The notes below the pieces were generated by a model, which did no database searches, was not told where the DNA came from, and saw only the letters and a list, made by a program, of their open reading frames with translations. A stretch of 64,000 nt of DNA from Eledone cirrhosa. Taxonomy: Eukaryota. The stretch is from positions 336,412,001-336,476,000 of the forward strand of contig OZ024743.1 in the NCBI GenBank assembly GCA_964016885.1, written 5' to 3'. This document shows positions 13,480 to 24,768 of this stretch, one piece after another. Numbering within the stretch: the stretch's first letter is position 1; each line of letters opens with the position of its first letter. A program made the translations under genes and the position numbers.

Positions 13480-13618
13480 GTATGTCTCTTGCGTTGGAAA
13501 GGAGGTCAATTATATGTACAAACATTGAAAAATGGTCCGAAGACTCCAAGCCTAGGTTTGGATGAAACAATTGTAAGTGAATAAATGCTTTGAACATAAC
13601 TTTGATTCTTTTGAATTC
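12143..13618. repeat. Long inverted repeat (arms about 12143-12575 and 13128-13618), probably a PLE pLTR pair with HHR-like motif
   Basis: Arms are reverse complements apart from (TA)n length; each carries CCGAAGA-c tccaagc ctag gtttgga t-GAAA-caattg-TA (13537-13575 +, 12187-12225 -). Confidence 0.8.
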
Positions 13619-15840
13619 TATCATCATCACCGTTTTACGTCCATTCTTCCACGTTAGCATGGGTTAGACGGGTTGTCCTGTTGTGGGCAGTGTCTGGTCG
13701 GCTGACCATGCCTTGCTCATACAGGAACTGATTTGGCTTGATTTCTACAGCTGGATGCCCTTCCTAACACCAACCTCATTTACAGTGAGTGCTGGGTGCT
13801 TTTTCGTGGCGCCTACACGTCCACTTTACAATGTGGGCTGGGTGCTTTTTTGCCGTGGCACCTCCACAACTACCTTGCAGTGGGAGGGTGTGGGGGCATA
13901 TTGTCTATATACTTCAGCTTGTACCCATGGGAGGACGGGTATTCTGTATTACTGCGTGACGCCAGAGGTCGCGGTCGTGTGTCATCACCTTGGAGAGGTG
14001 TAATTGGGTAAGGTCGGCTTTTATCACCTTATCCCAGGTCATCTTGGATCTCCCCACTCCGCAGTTTCCATCGACTTCTAGTGCTCTGCACCTTTTTATG
14101 TAGCTGTCAACCTTCATACGCATCACATGTCCATACCATCGGAACCGCCTCTCCTGCACACAGCATTTGATTCCTCTTATGCTCAGTCTCTCTCTCAATT
14201 CATTTATGCTTTGTCGTTCGCGTATATTACTATTACACATCCATCGGAGCATGCAGGCTTCGTTTCTCTCTAATCTACGTAAGTCTTCCACCTTCAGCGC
14301 CCAGGTCTCACTACCATGTAACATTGCTGTTCGGATACACGCATCATACAGTCTGCCTTTCATTTTGAGGGAGAAGCCTTTTGCAGATAGCAGTGGCAGT
14401 AGTTCCATGAACTTCTTCCATCCCGTTCTTACCCTAGTTATTGTACTTTCTGAACACCCACCTGCGCTGCTAATTCGGTCACCTAGGTAGCAGAAGCTGT
14501 CTACTGTTTCTACAGAGCCCTCCCAGAGATTGGTGGTACTTGTTTCCTGTGGCTGTTTGCTGCTTGCTGTCCCAGTACAGCTGCTGCATGTGAAGCCTAC
14601 ATTTTTAATTAAGCTTCCTGAGATCCCGCTACATCTCTTGTGTACCCATTGTTTCCATTTGGGGTAGAGAATGGAGTTCCTACCTACACCTTTCCTACAT
14701 ACTGAGCAAGGCCATTTCCCTGAGGGGATCTGGGTTCTGTTTTCTCGTCTACTTACAAGGACCTTAGTCTTTGTCATGTTGACTTTGAGACCCTTTCTTT
14801 CTAGTCCCTGCTTCCAAGTTTGGAATTTCTTCTCTAGTTCTACCATAGATTCAGCTATAAGTGCGAGGTCATCAGCATACAGGAGTTCCCATGGGCATCC
14901 GGTCTTAAACTCCTCCGTTATTGCCTGCAGGACTATGATGAACAGGCGAGGGCTAAGAACAGAGCCCTGGTGGACACCAACCTGTACGCTAAATTCCTCG
15001 CTATACTCATTGCTAATCCTAACTTTGCTGACTGCTCCCCTATATACGGCTTTTACAGCTTTCACAAGCCATTCATCTACTCCTAGTTTTCTAAGAGCCC
15101 ACCAGATTACAGCACGTGGAACTCTGTCAAAGGCTTTCTCGAGATCGACGAATGCCAGGTAGAGTGGCTTACCTTTAGCTAGGTACTTTTCCTGTAACTG
15201 ACTCACAAGGAAGAGGGCATCAGTGGTGCCTCTTCCTGGTACAAACCCAAATTGCATCTCATCTAGTTTCACCCGGTCCCTAATCAACTGTGCTATAACT
15301 CTTTCTGTTACTTTCATGACCTCGTCCATCAGCTTTATACTTCTATAGTTTCCTCTATCGAGTGCATCACCTTTACCTTTGTAGCAGTTGACAATGATGC
15401 TACTGCACCAATCTTTTGGTATGACACCTTCTAGTATTACTTGGTTAACAATACGTGTGGTTATAGTGTGACCTACAGACCCAGATGCCTTCAGCATCTC
15501 GGCAGCTATACCCGATGGACCCGTTGCCTTCCCCATCTTCATATCTTTGATTGTCTTACTTACTACGCTGCTGCTGACTTGTACTGCTGGCCACTCTATG
15601 GGGTCTACTTGGGGTAGGGTCACTTCTTCCCATGCATTCTCCTCATTTAGTAATCTATCATAATGACTCTTCCATGCATCTTTCTTCTCAGCACTTGTGA
15701 GGGCAAGCTCACCTTTATCATTCCGGATACACTTCTCTCCAATGACATCACAATTCTCTCTGACACACTGCCTCGCAATCTTGAAAACCTCCTGTTTCTG
15801 GTCCTCACGTTGCAAAACATGCTTGAATTTTCTATCTGCT
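13619..15840 (-). mobile_element. 5'-truncated RTE-type LINE with 3'UTR and (ATG)n tail
   Basis: Contains the 633-aa open RT frame; the minus strand ends ...ggtgatgatga at the arm of the inverted repeat. Confidence 0.9.
13914..15815 (-). CDS. RTE-type reverse transcriptase (N-truncated) with inserted PHD-like Cys cluster
   Basis: GKATGPSGI, YKGKGD..NYR.IKL, QFGF.PGRGT, FVDLEKAFD, GVHQGSVLSP, YADD, FCYLG, RWYGHV; WPCSVC...WVHKRC...FTCSSC insertion. Confidence 0.85.
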   Translation of the reverse strand: MQREDQKQEVFKIARQCVRENCDVIGEKCIRNDKGELALTSAEKKDAWKSHYDRLLNEENAWEEVTLPQVDPIEWPAVQVSSSVVSKTIKDMKMGKATGPSGIAAEMLKASGSVGHTITTRIVNQVILEGVIPKDWCSSIIVNCYKGKGDALDRGNYRSIKLMDEVMKVTERVIAQLIRDRVKLDEMQFGFVPGRGTTDALFLVSQLQEKYLAKGKPLYLAFVDLEKAFDRVPRAVIWWALRKLGVDEWLVKAVKAVYRGAVSKVRISNEYSEEFSVQVGVHQGSVLSPRLFIIVLQAITEEFKTGCPWELLYADDLALIAESMVELEKKFQTWKQGLERKGLKVNMTKTKVLVSRRENRTQIPSGKWPCSVCRKGVGRNSILYPKWKQWVHKRCSGISGSLIKNVGFTCSSCTGTASSKQPQETSTTNLWEGSVETVDSFCYLGDRISSAGGCSESTITRVRTGWKKFMELLPLLSAKGFSLKMKGRLYDACIRTAMLHGSETWALKVEDLRRLERNEACMLRWMCNSNIRERQSINELRERLSIRGIKCCVQERRFRWYGHVMRMKVDSYIKRCRALEVDGNCGVGRSKMTWDKVIKADLTQLHLSKVMTHDRDLWRHAVIQNTRPPMGTS

Positions 15841-15861
15841 TCTATATATATATATATATAT

Positions 15862-18800
15862 ATTAAAATAACAGATTAAATTTTAAGCAAAGAATCGCTG
15901 CTTTCACCCTTAACGGGATCTTCTGAAACTAACAAAGTCAATCTGTAAACGCAGAAGTGGATATTTCAAAAAACGACAGGAAGACGATACTTTGGTTCGT
16001 GGAAACGTTCCCTGGCAATGAACGGGGAAAAATGAATATAATACGTCATTAATAGGAGCGGTGAAAAACAATTACGCGCAAAGACAATACCACGTTTATG
16101 GTATAAAAGAAGTCGTAGACTAATGTTCTCTTAGGTGGTTCATAGAGACGTTCTCTGGCAATGAACGAAAAAAACGAAGATAATACGTCATATGTGGAGC
16201 GTGGAGAACAATTGCACGCAAAGACAAAACCACGTAAATGGTATAGCTGAAGTCGTAGACTAAAAGTCTAACTAGGAAACCGAATGAATCTCCGCTTCAG
16301 AGTTAAGAATAAAGTAAATAAAATACAATAGAAATAAAGTAAATACATACACGTATGCAAATACGTACATACACAAGCATACGCGAAAACACTTGCCATA
16401 GGTATACAAAATCACGCACATATAAATATGTGTGTGTGTGTGTGTGCGTGTATACAAATAAATAAATAATTAAATAAACGTAAATAAATAAATAAATACG
16501 TATATAACAAGCGCACACATATACACAAATGTTCGGAGACGTAAGTCAACCAAAACATGAAGTACACATATACACACACCCTACATACGTACGAACCTGC
16601 ATACTCACACAGACGCAAGACTCCCGTATACTCATAACCGTATGTACCAGAATATATAAAAAATTATACGCCATAACATATACAATCAAATATACGTACG
16701 AGAAAGTATACGTACCTTCACAAAACATACAGGTAATCTATACTTACCTATGCAAATAAGTAATGGTATAAACAAAACATAAACTTAGCTACCATATCGA
16801 GACGTAAAATATCCACGTATAGATCGTACTATCCGTTAGGGTATAACGTGGGGCTGTAATACAGGAATGTTTTGTGCAATTTATGTTTAAAAGCCGAAAT
16901 TGCCTCAGATTTTTTGTTTAAGATGTGGTCTGTGGCGTAGAGTATTTCCAGGGCCTCAGCGGCGCAGAGGTCACATGGTCTTTTATTTCCGTTATTCGAT
17001 CTAGCCCTTGCTAGGATCTCCCAGTGTAACTTATATTGGGTGTGGTTGTCTTTTAGACTCCAGATATAAGCTGAAAGTGACGTCATATTCCTTCTTAGAG
17101 GGTAACAAAAAGAATGGGTATGCATGTAAAGACGCTGCTTGAATCTAATGGCGGTTAACCCTATGTAGGCCCTACGGGACTTGGGTGTTTCAACCTTACA
17201 TTTGTAGACAATGTTACTGGAGAGGTATTTCCCGGATAGAGAGCAATCAACCCGATTCCTACAATTACAGTTAGTACTAACTACAGGGTTGCACGTGTTC
17301 CTACGGCTAGGTAGTTTAGCTAAATTTGGAGCAGTGATGTTATGTGCAAGGTTAGGAGTCGTAGAGTAAGAAATTTTAATAGTATTTCTATTAAAAATGT
17401 TACTATATTTATGTGTAGGGGGAAAATGCTTCGTAATAAGGGAAAGAAAGATCTTAGCTAATGGTGTGGCCACCTCCATATTATATGGTGGGTTATACCA
17501 ACAAATGCGACGTGATCTATTTCTTCTAGGTCTATTTTCGTACTCTGTATATGCTACCTTATCGACAAATCCACTCCGAGCAAGACCTTCATTGTAATAA
17601 GTGGAATGGTCGTTGAAAATATGCTCGTTAGTAGATAGACGGGAAAGCCTCAACGAAACGTTTCTTACCAGGTTCTTGGTTATGCTGGCAGGATGGTTGG
17701 AATGCTTACTTATGTAATTAAGCGTATCATTCGGCTTTCTATACGGGTAATACAACCCATTCAATAAATTGAGAGTAACGTCGAGGTAATTAACGACCGA
17801 GAGATTGGCCTCAACCTGTATAGAGAGGTTGAAGCCTTTAAAGAAGGCTGTGAGTTCTTTTCTGAACCTGTCGCAAGCACGAGGTCCGCACTTAGTCATG
17901 GTCAAAAGTCCATCATCACGGTACAAACCACCGCCCGCGTTGGGGAATTCGTCCTTGATAGAGAAAAGAAGGAAAAGGCCGAAAAGATCAGTAACCTCCG
18001 CAGAGTCGCTGGCGCCCATTCTCACGTCGAATGGGGTACTATTGGATTTTTTTTATCCAAATAGAGTCGTCGAAATTAATCACCGACTTACGGGTATTGA
18101 GGATGACATCAACTTCAAAATCCTTAACCACTCTGAGTGTTTTAGCGAAATTGATAGCTCTAAGGAGAAGTGGTGAAGTGATGGAGGAGTAGTAATTGTT
18201 GATGTCGAATTGGATAAAACGGCAATGTTCCTTGTTGCATATGCCGTTGAACCAATCAATCACCGCGAAAGAATTGTTCCACAGTGCGAGAGGGGCCAAA
18301 CTTCTAATTTCAGGTATAATTCTATCAAGAATCCTTTTACTAAGTCTACCTAAATCGCACTTCGTAGGGTTAATAAGCCGAATAGAGGGGTTGTTCGGAA
18401 AATTGGATTTGTGATCCTTCAGGGTAAAGTGTGGAGAAATAGGGTCCAGAGGTTCAGTCCGGTCCAGGATGTTGAGATCAGAGGTGATTTTAAACCCAGC
18501 ATCGTTGATTTCATTGATGACGCTCCGATTAGTTTTACGGTAATCCTTAGTTACAGCATTATGTAGTAGTTGATGGTAAGTACTGCGCTCCACTTGATAT
18601 AGGTTGCCGGTTTTGTCGGAATGGACGTGCACGGCATTAGAATCCTTAATAGAACGAATTCTATTCTTCAGGTCTTGCTGGAAGGAATTGCTCCTATTCC
18701 GAAATTTGATACTCCGTATGAGTTCCAAGTCATCATTTTCGAAGGGTAGCAATGCTGGGTTACACGGGGGGTTATTATAGGTTTTAAACCCAAATTTATC

Positions 18801-19022
18801 CTGTTTGTTGTCTGCTTTTCGTGGATTATCGAAATAAAAGACACGCCAACGCAACCTTTTAATGAACGCGTCTGTTTTCTGTATCAGGAGTTTTAGGTAT
18901 GTGTTCCTGGTAGGTACGGGTATGTTCTTTGTAGAAATATTCAGATGTTGTTTCTGCATGATGAATATAAGTCAATAGCGTGCTCAACCGAGTGAGCCAA
19001 ATAGTAATAATAATAAATTTAA
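15862..19022 (-). mobile_element. Near-complete Naiad-type PLE (Naiad-2) with 3' pLTR
   Basis: ORF halves 18039-18959 and 16829-18025; 3' pLTR with CAGAAGA HHR; the last ~20 nt of the pLTR recur just upstream of the ATG (19001-19022 vs 6489-6511). Confidence 0.9.
16829..18959 (-). pseudogene. Naiad-2 RT + GIY-YIG ORF broken by one frameshift
   Basis: STKNIP, SDKTGNLY, FIQFDI, then FDVRMGASD, LYRDDGL, YLDVTL, NIVYKC..YIG, CDLC; frameshift in the T8 run near 18047-18054. Confidence 0.9.
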
Positions 19023-19137
19023 ATGTTTTCAGTGCTCTGGAATTTCATCCTCGCTAGCTTTATTCCATCCACTGAATTATTATTTTTATATGGGTTCTTA
19101 GTGTCCGCGCATCGCCTGGGAGCTTAGCTGAGAATAG

Positions 19138-19219
19138 ACTCCCTGATGACGTAAGGAATTCTCTATAGTTATATTACGTAACTATATTTATCCCCTTACA
19201 GAAACTAATTAGTTGGAGT
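19138..19219 (+). ncRNA. Type I hammerhead ribozyme
   Basis: actcc-CTGATGA-c gtaagg...ccttac a-GAAA-ctaattag-TT-ggagt; palindromic helix III. Confidence 0.8.
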
Positions 19220-19671
19220 GAAAACTTTAGTAAGTAAGTTGATTTTAATTTTTTTAATTTTCTTATTTTACGTCTTTCATATAATTGTTCTGCATCCCCC
19301 TGCATAGAACCACAAAGGTACTAAGATATAACATATATATTTGCTAGCATGGGTGTACATCTGTACACATATGTTGGTAGATGTACTAATTCTCTATATT
19401 TATCTCCAAATTATTTGTTGAGCAAAACTTGCCAAAATTTACTGCTGATTCATGGTAGTAGTAGACTCTTGTCATAATACCACCCCGCTCCTAACTGATT
19501 AACCTCGGTGTCACGTGATTGATTCTTTAGAATCTGCCACTGACCAGAGGCAGTGAATTTTTTCAGTGCTCTGGAATTTAGTCCTCGCTAGCTTTATTCT
19601 ATCCACTGAATTATTATTTTTATATTGGTTCCTAGTGTCCGCGCATCGCCTGGGAGCTTAGCTGAGAATAG

Positions 19672-19752
19672 ACTCCCTGATGAGTAAGGAATTCTCTATA
19701 GTTATATTACGTAACTATATTTATCCCCTTACAGAAACTAATTAGTTGGAGT
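19672..19752 (+). ncRNA. Type I hammerhead ribozyme (second tandem copy)
   Basis: actcc-CTGATGA-gtaagg...ccttac a-GAAA-ctaattag-TT-ggagt. Confidence 0.78.
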
Positions 19753-19951
19753 GAAAATTTTAGTATGTAAGTTGATTTTTAATTTTTAAAATGTTCTTAT
19801 TTTACGTCTTTCATATAATTGTTCTGCATCCCCCTGCATAGAACCACAAAGGTACTAAGACATAACATATATATTTGCTAGCATGGGTGTACATCTGTAC
19901 ACATATGTTGGTAGATGTACTAATTCTCTCTCTCTCTCTCTCTCTCTTTCT

Positions 19952-19990
<39 letters not shown>

Positions 19991-19993
<3 letters not shown>

Positions 19994-20180
19994 CGGAGGA
20001 AATGTGGTAAGGAACCAGGTGGACCATAACGCACTAAAGTACTCAATACTAAGGGTAGTAGAGTGGGTAATAGGAAAGAGTAGGACCCCGACGGCTGAGC
20101 TCAAGCCGTTTCGACGGCTAATTCTGGACGGAACTACCCGTCGAAACGACTTGAGCTCAGCCGTCGGGGTCCTACTCGTT

Positions 20181-20186
<6 letters not shown>
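19991..20186 (-). mobile_element. Fold-back mini-insertion of a PLE pLTR end (Naiad-3 family)
   Basis: Inverted arms 20070-20117 and 20138-20185; homologous to 29139-29198 and 29568-29768; flanked by (TA)n. Confidence 0.8.
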
Positions 20187-20234
<48 letters not shown>

Positions 20235-20681
20235 TAAAAGGAAAAGAAAATGGTGACAAATTTTTCCCAGTGAAAAATAGTTTAATTAGGAATAAGTATA
20301 AATTAGTAATGAGTATTGGTTAGTATTCAGTTTTAGTTTTAAGTTTTTACCGGTTGCGCATTTCTAATGCTTTTCAAAATAATTTTGAGATAAAGCGCCC
20401 GTGATGTTTGCTCTAATCTGATCAGTTTTGGAAATTCTTCCTGTTTTATGTGAAAAAAGTGGCTCCAGAGGTATTAAGATTTGGTTGGTTGTGGAATGTC
20501 ACCTTAATGAGTGCTATAAATTTCGCGCCATTTCGTGTTGCAAAGATTCTTGTAGTCAAAACAATTTTGATTGGTCGGTAAAGGTCACGTGAATGTTAAA
20601 AATTGATTTTGCGCCAAATGTCGAAGAGTGTCCTTTTTCGCATGATTGAGAAGTCACTGAAAAATAAGTCTTTTAACACAA

Positions 20682-20741
<60 letters not shown>

Positions 20742-20900
20742 TAAAGAGGTTCATTGTTGTGATAATGGTCAGTAGGGATGTGTGTGTGAATTGCAGTCAT
20801 GTTGAAAGGTCAACAATTCAGGTGTCTATTAAGACAAATATATATGTGTGTGTATATATATATGTGTATATATATATATATGTGTGTATTTATATATATA

Positions 20901-20943
<43 letters not shown>

Positions 20944-21127
20944 GGTGGTGGATTTTCAGTATCGGTAGAGGGTCGAACGCCATGCTTTCCAGCATAGTTA
21001 CGTCTCTTTACGATCTGAATTCAAATCCCGCCGAGGTAGACTTTGCCTTTCATCCTTACGGGGTCGATAAAATAAAGTACCAGTAATGCACTGGGTAATT
21101 GCTGGCCTTGTGCCTAAAGTAGACACA

Positions 21128-21130
<3 letters not shown>
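20944..21130 (+). mobile_element. tRNA-derived SINE family A
   Basis: gaattcaaatcccgccgaggtagactttgcctttcatccttacggggtcgataaaataaagtaccag; (ATT)n tail. Confidence 0.88.
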
Positions 21131-21190
<60 letters not shown>

Positions 21191-21329
21191 TCTTTTTTTC
21201 ATTTATCTTGCTCTATGTTCATACGAGTTATCACCAAGTCACAACCAGTGACCTCAAGAGATAACAAGGTCCGCCATGCTCAAGAAAGAACATACATACA
21301 CATACATGTACCTTTAGGTGTTTAGACTT

Positions 21330-21530
21330 GTGATGTATTTATATTGACAGATTCTTCCTTTGTATATTGGCAGCTCCCATAAGTACTATCTTTTGTATTT
21401 CTTCTATACGCGGGTTTCCTGGGATTTGGGCTAAGTAATCATTAGACCCCTTAGGTAGCATTACTACAGCGCCTACAACCACTGGTATTGTTTTAGTTCT
21501 CAACTTAAACATTTTCCAATCTTTGTCACC
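21330..21530 (-). mobile_element. 3' fragment of an R4/Dong-type LINE (end of the restriction-like endonuclease domain)
   Basis: Minus strand translates [23 protein letters not shown]...IPGNPRIEEIQKIVLMGAANI. Confidence 0.7.
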
Positions 21531-21647
21531 AGGTCAAATGTCTTTATAGATACATTGTTGTATATAGGAACGGACATATCAATTAGCATGCATACCCTCT
21601 TTATTTATTTTTTTCGTGCGATAGCCATACTCGATAACGAGGGGGCA

Positions 21648-21840
<193 letters not shown>

Positions 21841-22324
21841 TATATGTAAATATATGTGTGTGTGGGGGGGGGTGCGTGTGTGTGTGTGTGTGTGTGTGTG
21901 TATGTATAGTAATAATAATTAGGAAGACCAAAATCTGAAGAAGACTCGATGCGTGTGTGTATATAAATCTGTGTGAGTGGGTTTTTGTGTAAATGTATAC
22001 ATAGATATGCTGATTGCTACTATTTTAGGGAAAACATTATATATATATATATAGTAATGAGCATGCATATATAAGCGAATATATATGCGAATACATGAAT
22101 GTCATCGTATTTAAATGTATATGTGCATCAACCAATTAATGAGCGTGTAAATTTAACTGTTGATTGTTATACACCAGTACACTTGTATGAATAATAAACT
22201 CTGTTAAGGAAATACTGCGATGACAGTCGATTAATAATATGTAAATATCTGCACCAGGTATATGTCCAGACTTGAAATATAACATTACTATGCAGAAGAT
22301 ATAGTTGATGGTGAACGTTGTATG

Positions 22325-22470
22325 GATGGCCGAACAGTTAAGAAGTTTACTCCACAATCTTTATGTTCCGCGTTCAATCCAACTGTGTAACGTTTAGTGT
22401 AACCTCGGGTTGATCCATTGCCTTGTGAGTTAAATATGGTAGACAGAAACTGTCTGGAAGTTCGTCACCC
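22325..22470 (+). mobile_element. Degenerate SINE family B (also about 26545-26935 minus and 54765-54880 plus)
   Basis: gttcaatcc B-box-like motif then gccttgtgagt...ggtagacagaaactg...gaag, shared with 54765-54880. Confidence 0.6.
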
Positions 22471-22679
22471 TTTATCACATACTGTGTCACACTGACTGTA
22501 CCAGAGAATTACGGTAAGGATATATATGTCTATGGAATATCCGGCCACTTACTCATTAATTTCATCAGCATACTGTTTTTCTTGATCGAACAACCACTAC
22601 GTTCATCATTGAAACTGGCGAAGATTCATTCCATTAGTTGAGTGCTGAAACTTGTATTACTCCTGATGGTGTTGGCAGC

Positions 22680-23100
22680 TGCAGTGGTGGTGGTGGTGTT
22701 TGTGGTGATGTAGGTGGTAGTGGTAGGGTTTGTGGTGATGGTAGCGTTTGTTGTGGTGGTAGTGTTTGTGGTGGTGGTAGGGTTTGTTGTGGTTGTGGAT
22801 GGGTTTGTGGTGGTGTTTGTGGTGGTGTTTGTGGTGGTGGTGGTGGTGGTGGTGGTAGGGTTTGTGGTAGTAGTAGGGTTTGTGGTGGTGGTAGGGTTTG
22901 TTGTGGTGGTAGGGGTTGTGGTGGTAGTAAGGTTTGTTGTGGTGGTAGGGTTTGTTGTGGTGGTAGGGGTTGTGATGGTAGTAAGGTTTGTTGTGGTGGT
23001 AGGGTTTGTTGTGGTGGTAGGGGTTGTGGTGGTAGTAAGGTTTGTTGTGGTGGTAGGGTTTGTTGTGGTTGTAGTGGTGTTATTTGTGGTGGTGGGGTTG
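22680..23100. repeat. GGT-rich minisatellite (ggtggtagggtttgttgt variants)
   Basis: 18-nt-based imperfect repeat with stop-free frames on both strands. Confidence 0.85.
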
Positions 23101-23857
23101 TGTTAACAATGCTGCTGTTGCTGTTACTGGTGTTGTCGTATAGAAATGACTGTCAATGACCGTTAAGTTTATCTTGACTCTAATGTGGTGTAACTGAATA
23201 TTACCCAGAAGATTGCCCAGAAAATTGTTGTGTAAACAATGTGTCTGTAAGATTAACCAGACACATTAAATGCTAAGATTCTATGGAACTGATCACAGAA
23301 TTTAATGTTTTCGTAGAGCAGGTCATTGACTTTATCTGTAACTAAACTAGATTTTGAGACTTCCACTGAAGTCTTTTCTCTAGTGTTAATCCACTACTTT
23401 CTCTTCCTTTTATTAATTTTTTAATTTTTTCTTTCTCACATGTTGTTCCATTTTTATACATATATCGAGAATGACACTTTCTTTTAACTATTACACTCCC
23501 TTCCCCCTTTATCTTCCGTATACAAGTGATCGCGCGTGTGTGTGTATCCATACGCGTGCTTTCATACTAATATGTGTATCTAAATCTGGTTACATATAAA
23601 ACAAATATACTTGCCCTCATATATGTACTTTCGCACACATTTTCACCATACACACGCATTTGTACATACATACATATGTACATTTGTGAGTGTATATACA
23701 TACATATACACACACCTAACTATATTTCCTTAAATATTTTTTTATATATTTTATATGTCTAGTGCATTACCTTTATTTATATATATATATATATATATTT
23801 TTTTTTTACTTGAGGAGACTTTCCAAATATTTCACTATGTTTATTATATTGCCTTGT

Positions 23858-23923
23858 CCGATGAACGAATTAGGACGTTTCTTTCGTATTCGTCTTATTC
23901 GGGAAACCTCTGGTAATGAGGTA
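23858..23923 (+). ncRNA. Hammerhead-like motif with CCGATGA core
   Basis: CCGATGA-a cgaat t aggacg...cgtctt attcg g-GAAA-cctc tggtaat gagg-TA; helix I weak. Confidence 0.5.
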
Positions 23924-24421
23924 ATTATATTGTATTGTTTATTATACATTATATATATATATATATATATTTCTTTAGGTTTGTTGGTTCACCACTGGAT
24001 AGAATTGGTCATTCCGTATGGTCAATCTTGGTGTAATATTGTGGAGAGTACTCAACGTAGTGCAGTTCACCCGTCTTCGCTTGTGTAGTTGGTGGTGCGA
24101 ATACGGAGTTAATTATAAATAAAAATAACAGGAGGCTGGACTGGTGTAAATCCTTGAAAGGTTTATTATACTATGATCATTTCAATGACCGGGTTCCATA
24201 TGAATCCGATGATATCATCAGGTATTCGAAATATAATAGAGGAATGTATAAAAACCATGGGTCCGAAAAATCAGAGACAGAGAGGACGACTGACCAACTA
24301 GCTATCTTCACCTCAGCCAGTCGCCCTCAAAGTGATGGCAACTCGATCTGCTAATGTCTATCTGGTGAGTGGGCGAAGGCTTATAATGTACTACCACCTC
24401 TCCGTCAAAGAATAAAAATGG

Positions 24422-24471
<50 letters not shown>

Positions 24472-24581
24472 AGAAAAAAAAGAAAGAAAGAAGTCAGCGT
24501 AAGGGTCACACTACAGTCAAGCTAGAAAACGCCGCGAAAAAAGTTATTCTAAAGAATCTATATTTTAACAAAGGCATATAT

Positions 24582-24768
24582 AATTGTTTCTACTTTTGGC
24601 ACAAGGCCAGCAATCACCCAGTGTATTACTGGTACTTTATTTTATCGACCTCGTAAGGATGAAAGGCAAAGTTAACCTCGGCGGGATTTGAACTCAGAAT
24701 GGCAAGGGCCGTAACTCTACGCGTCAAAGCATGGCGTCCGACCCTCTACCGATACTGCCAATCCATCG
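24582..24768 (-). mobile_element. tRNA-derived SINE family A
   Basis: Reverse complement of 28142-28330. Confidence 0.88.

Larger units (their letters stand above)
19026..19930 (+). repeat. About 1.7 tandem copies of a ~533-bp HHR-containing unit
   Basis: 19026-19396 matches 19560-19929 almost exactly; no ORF. Confidence 0.9.
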
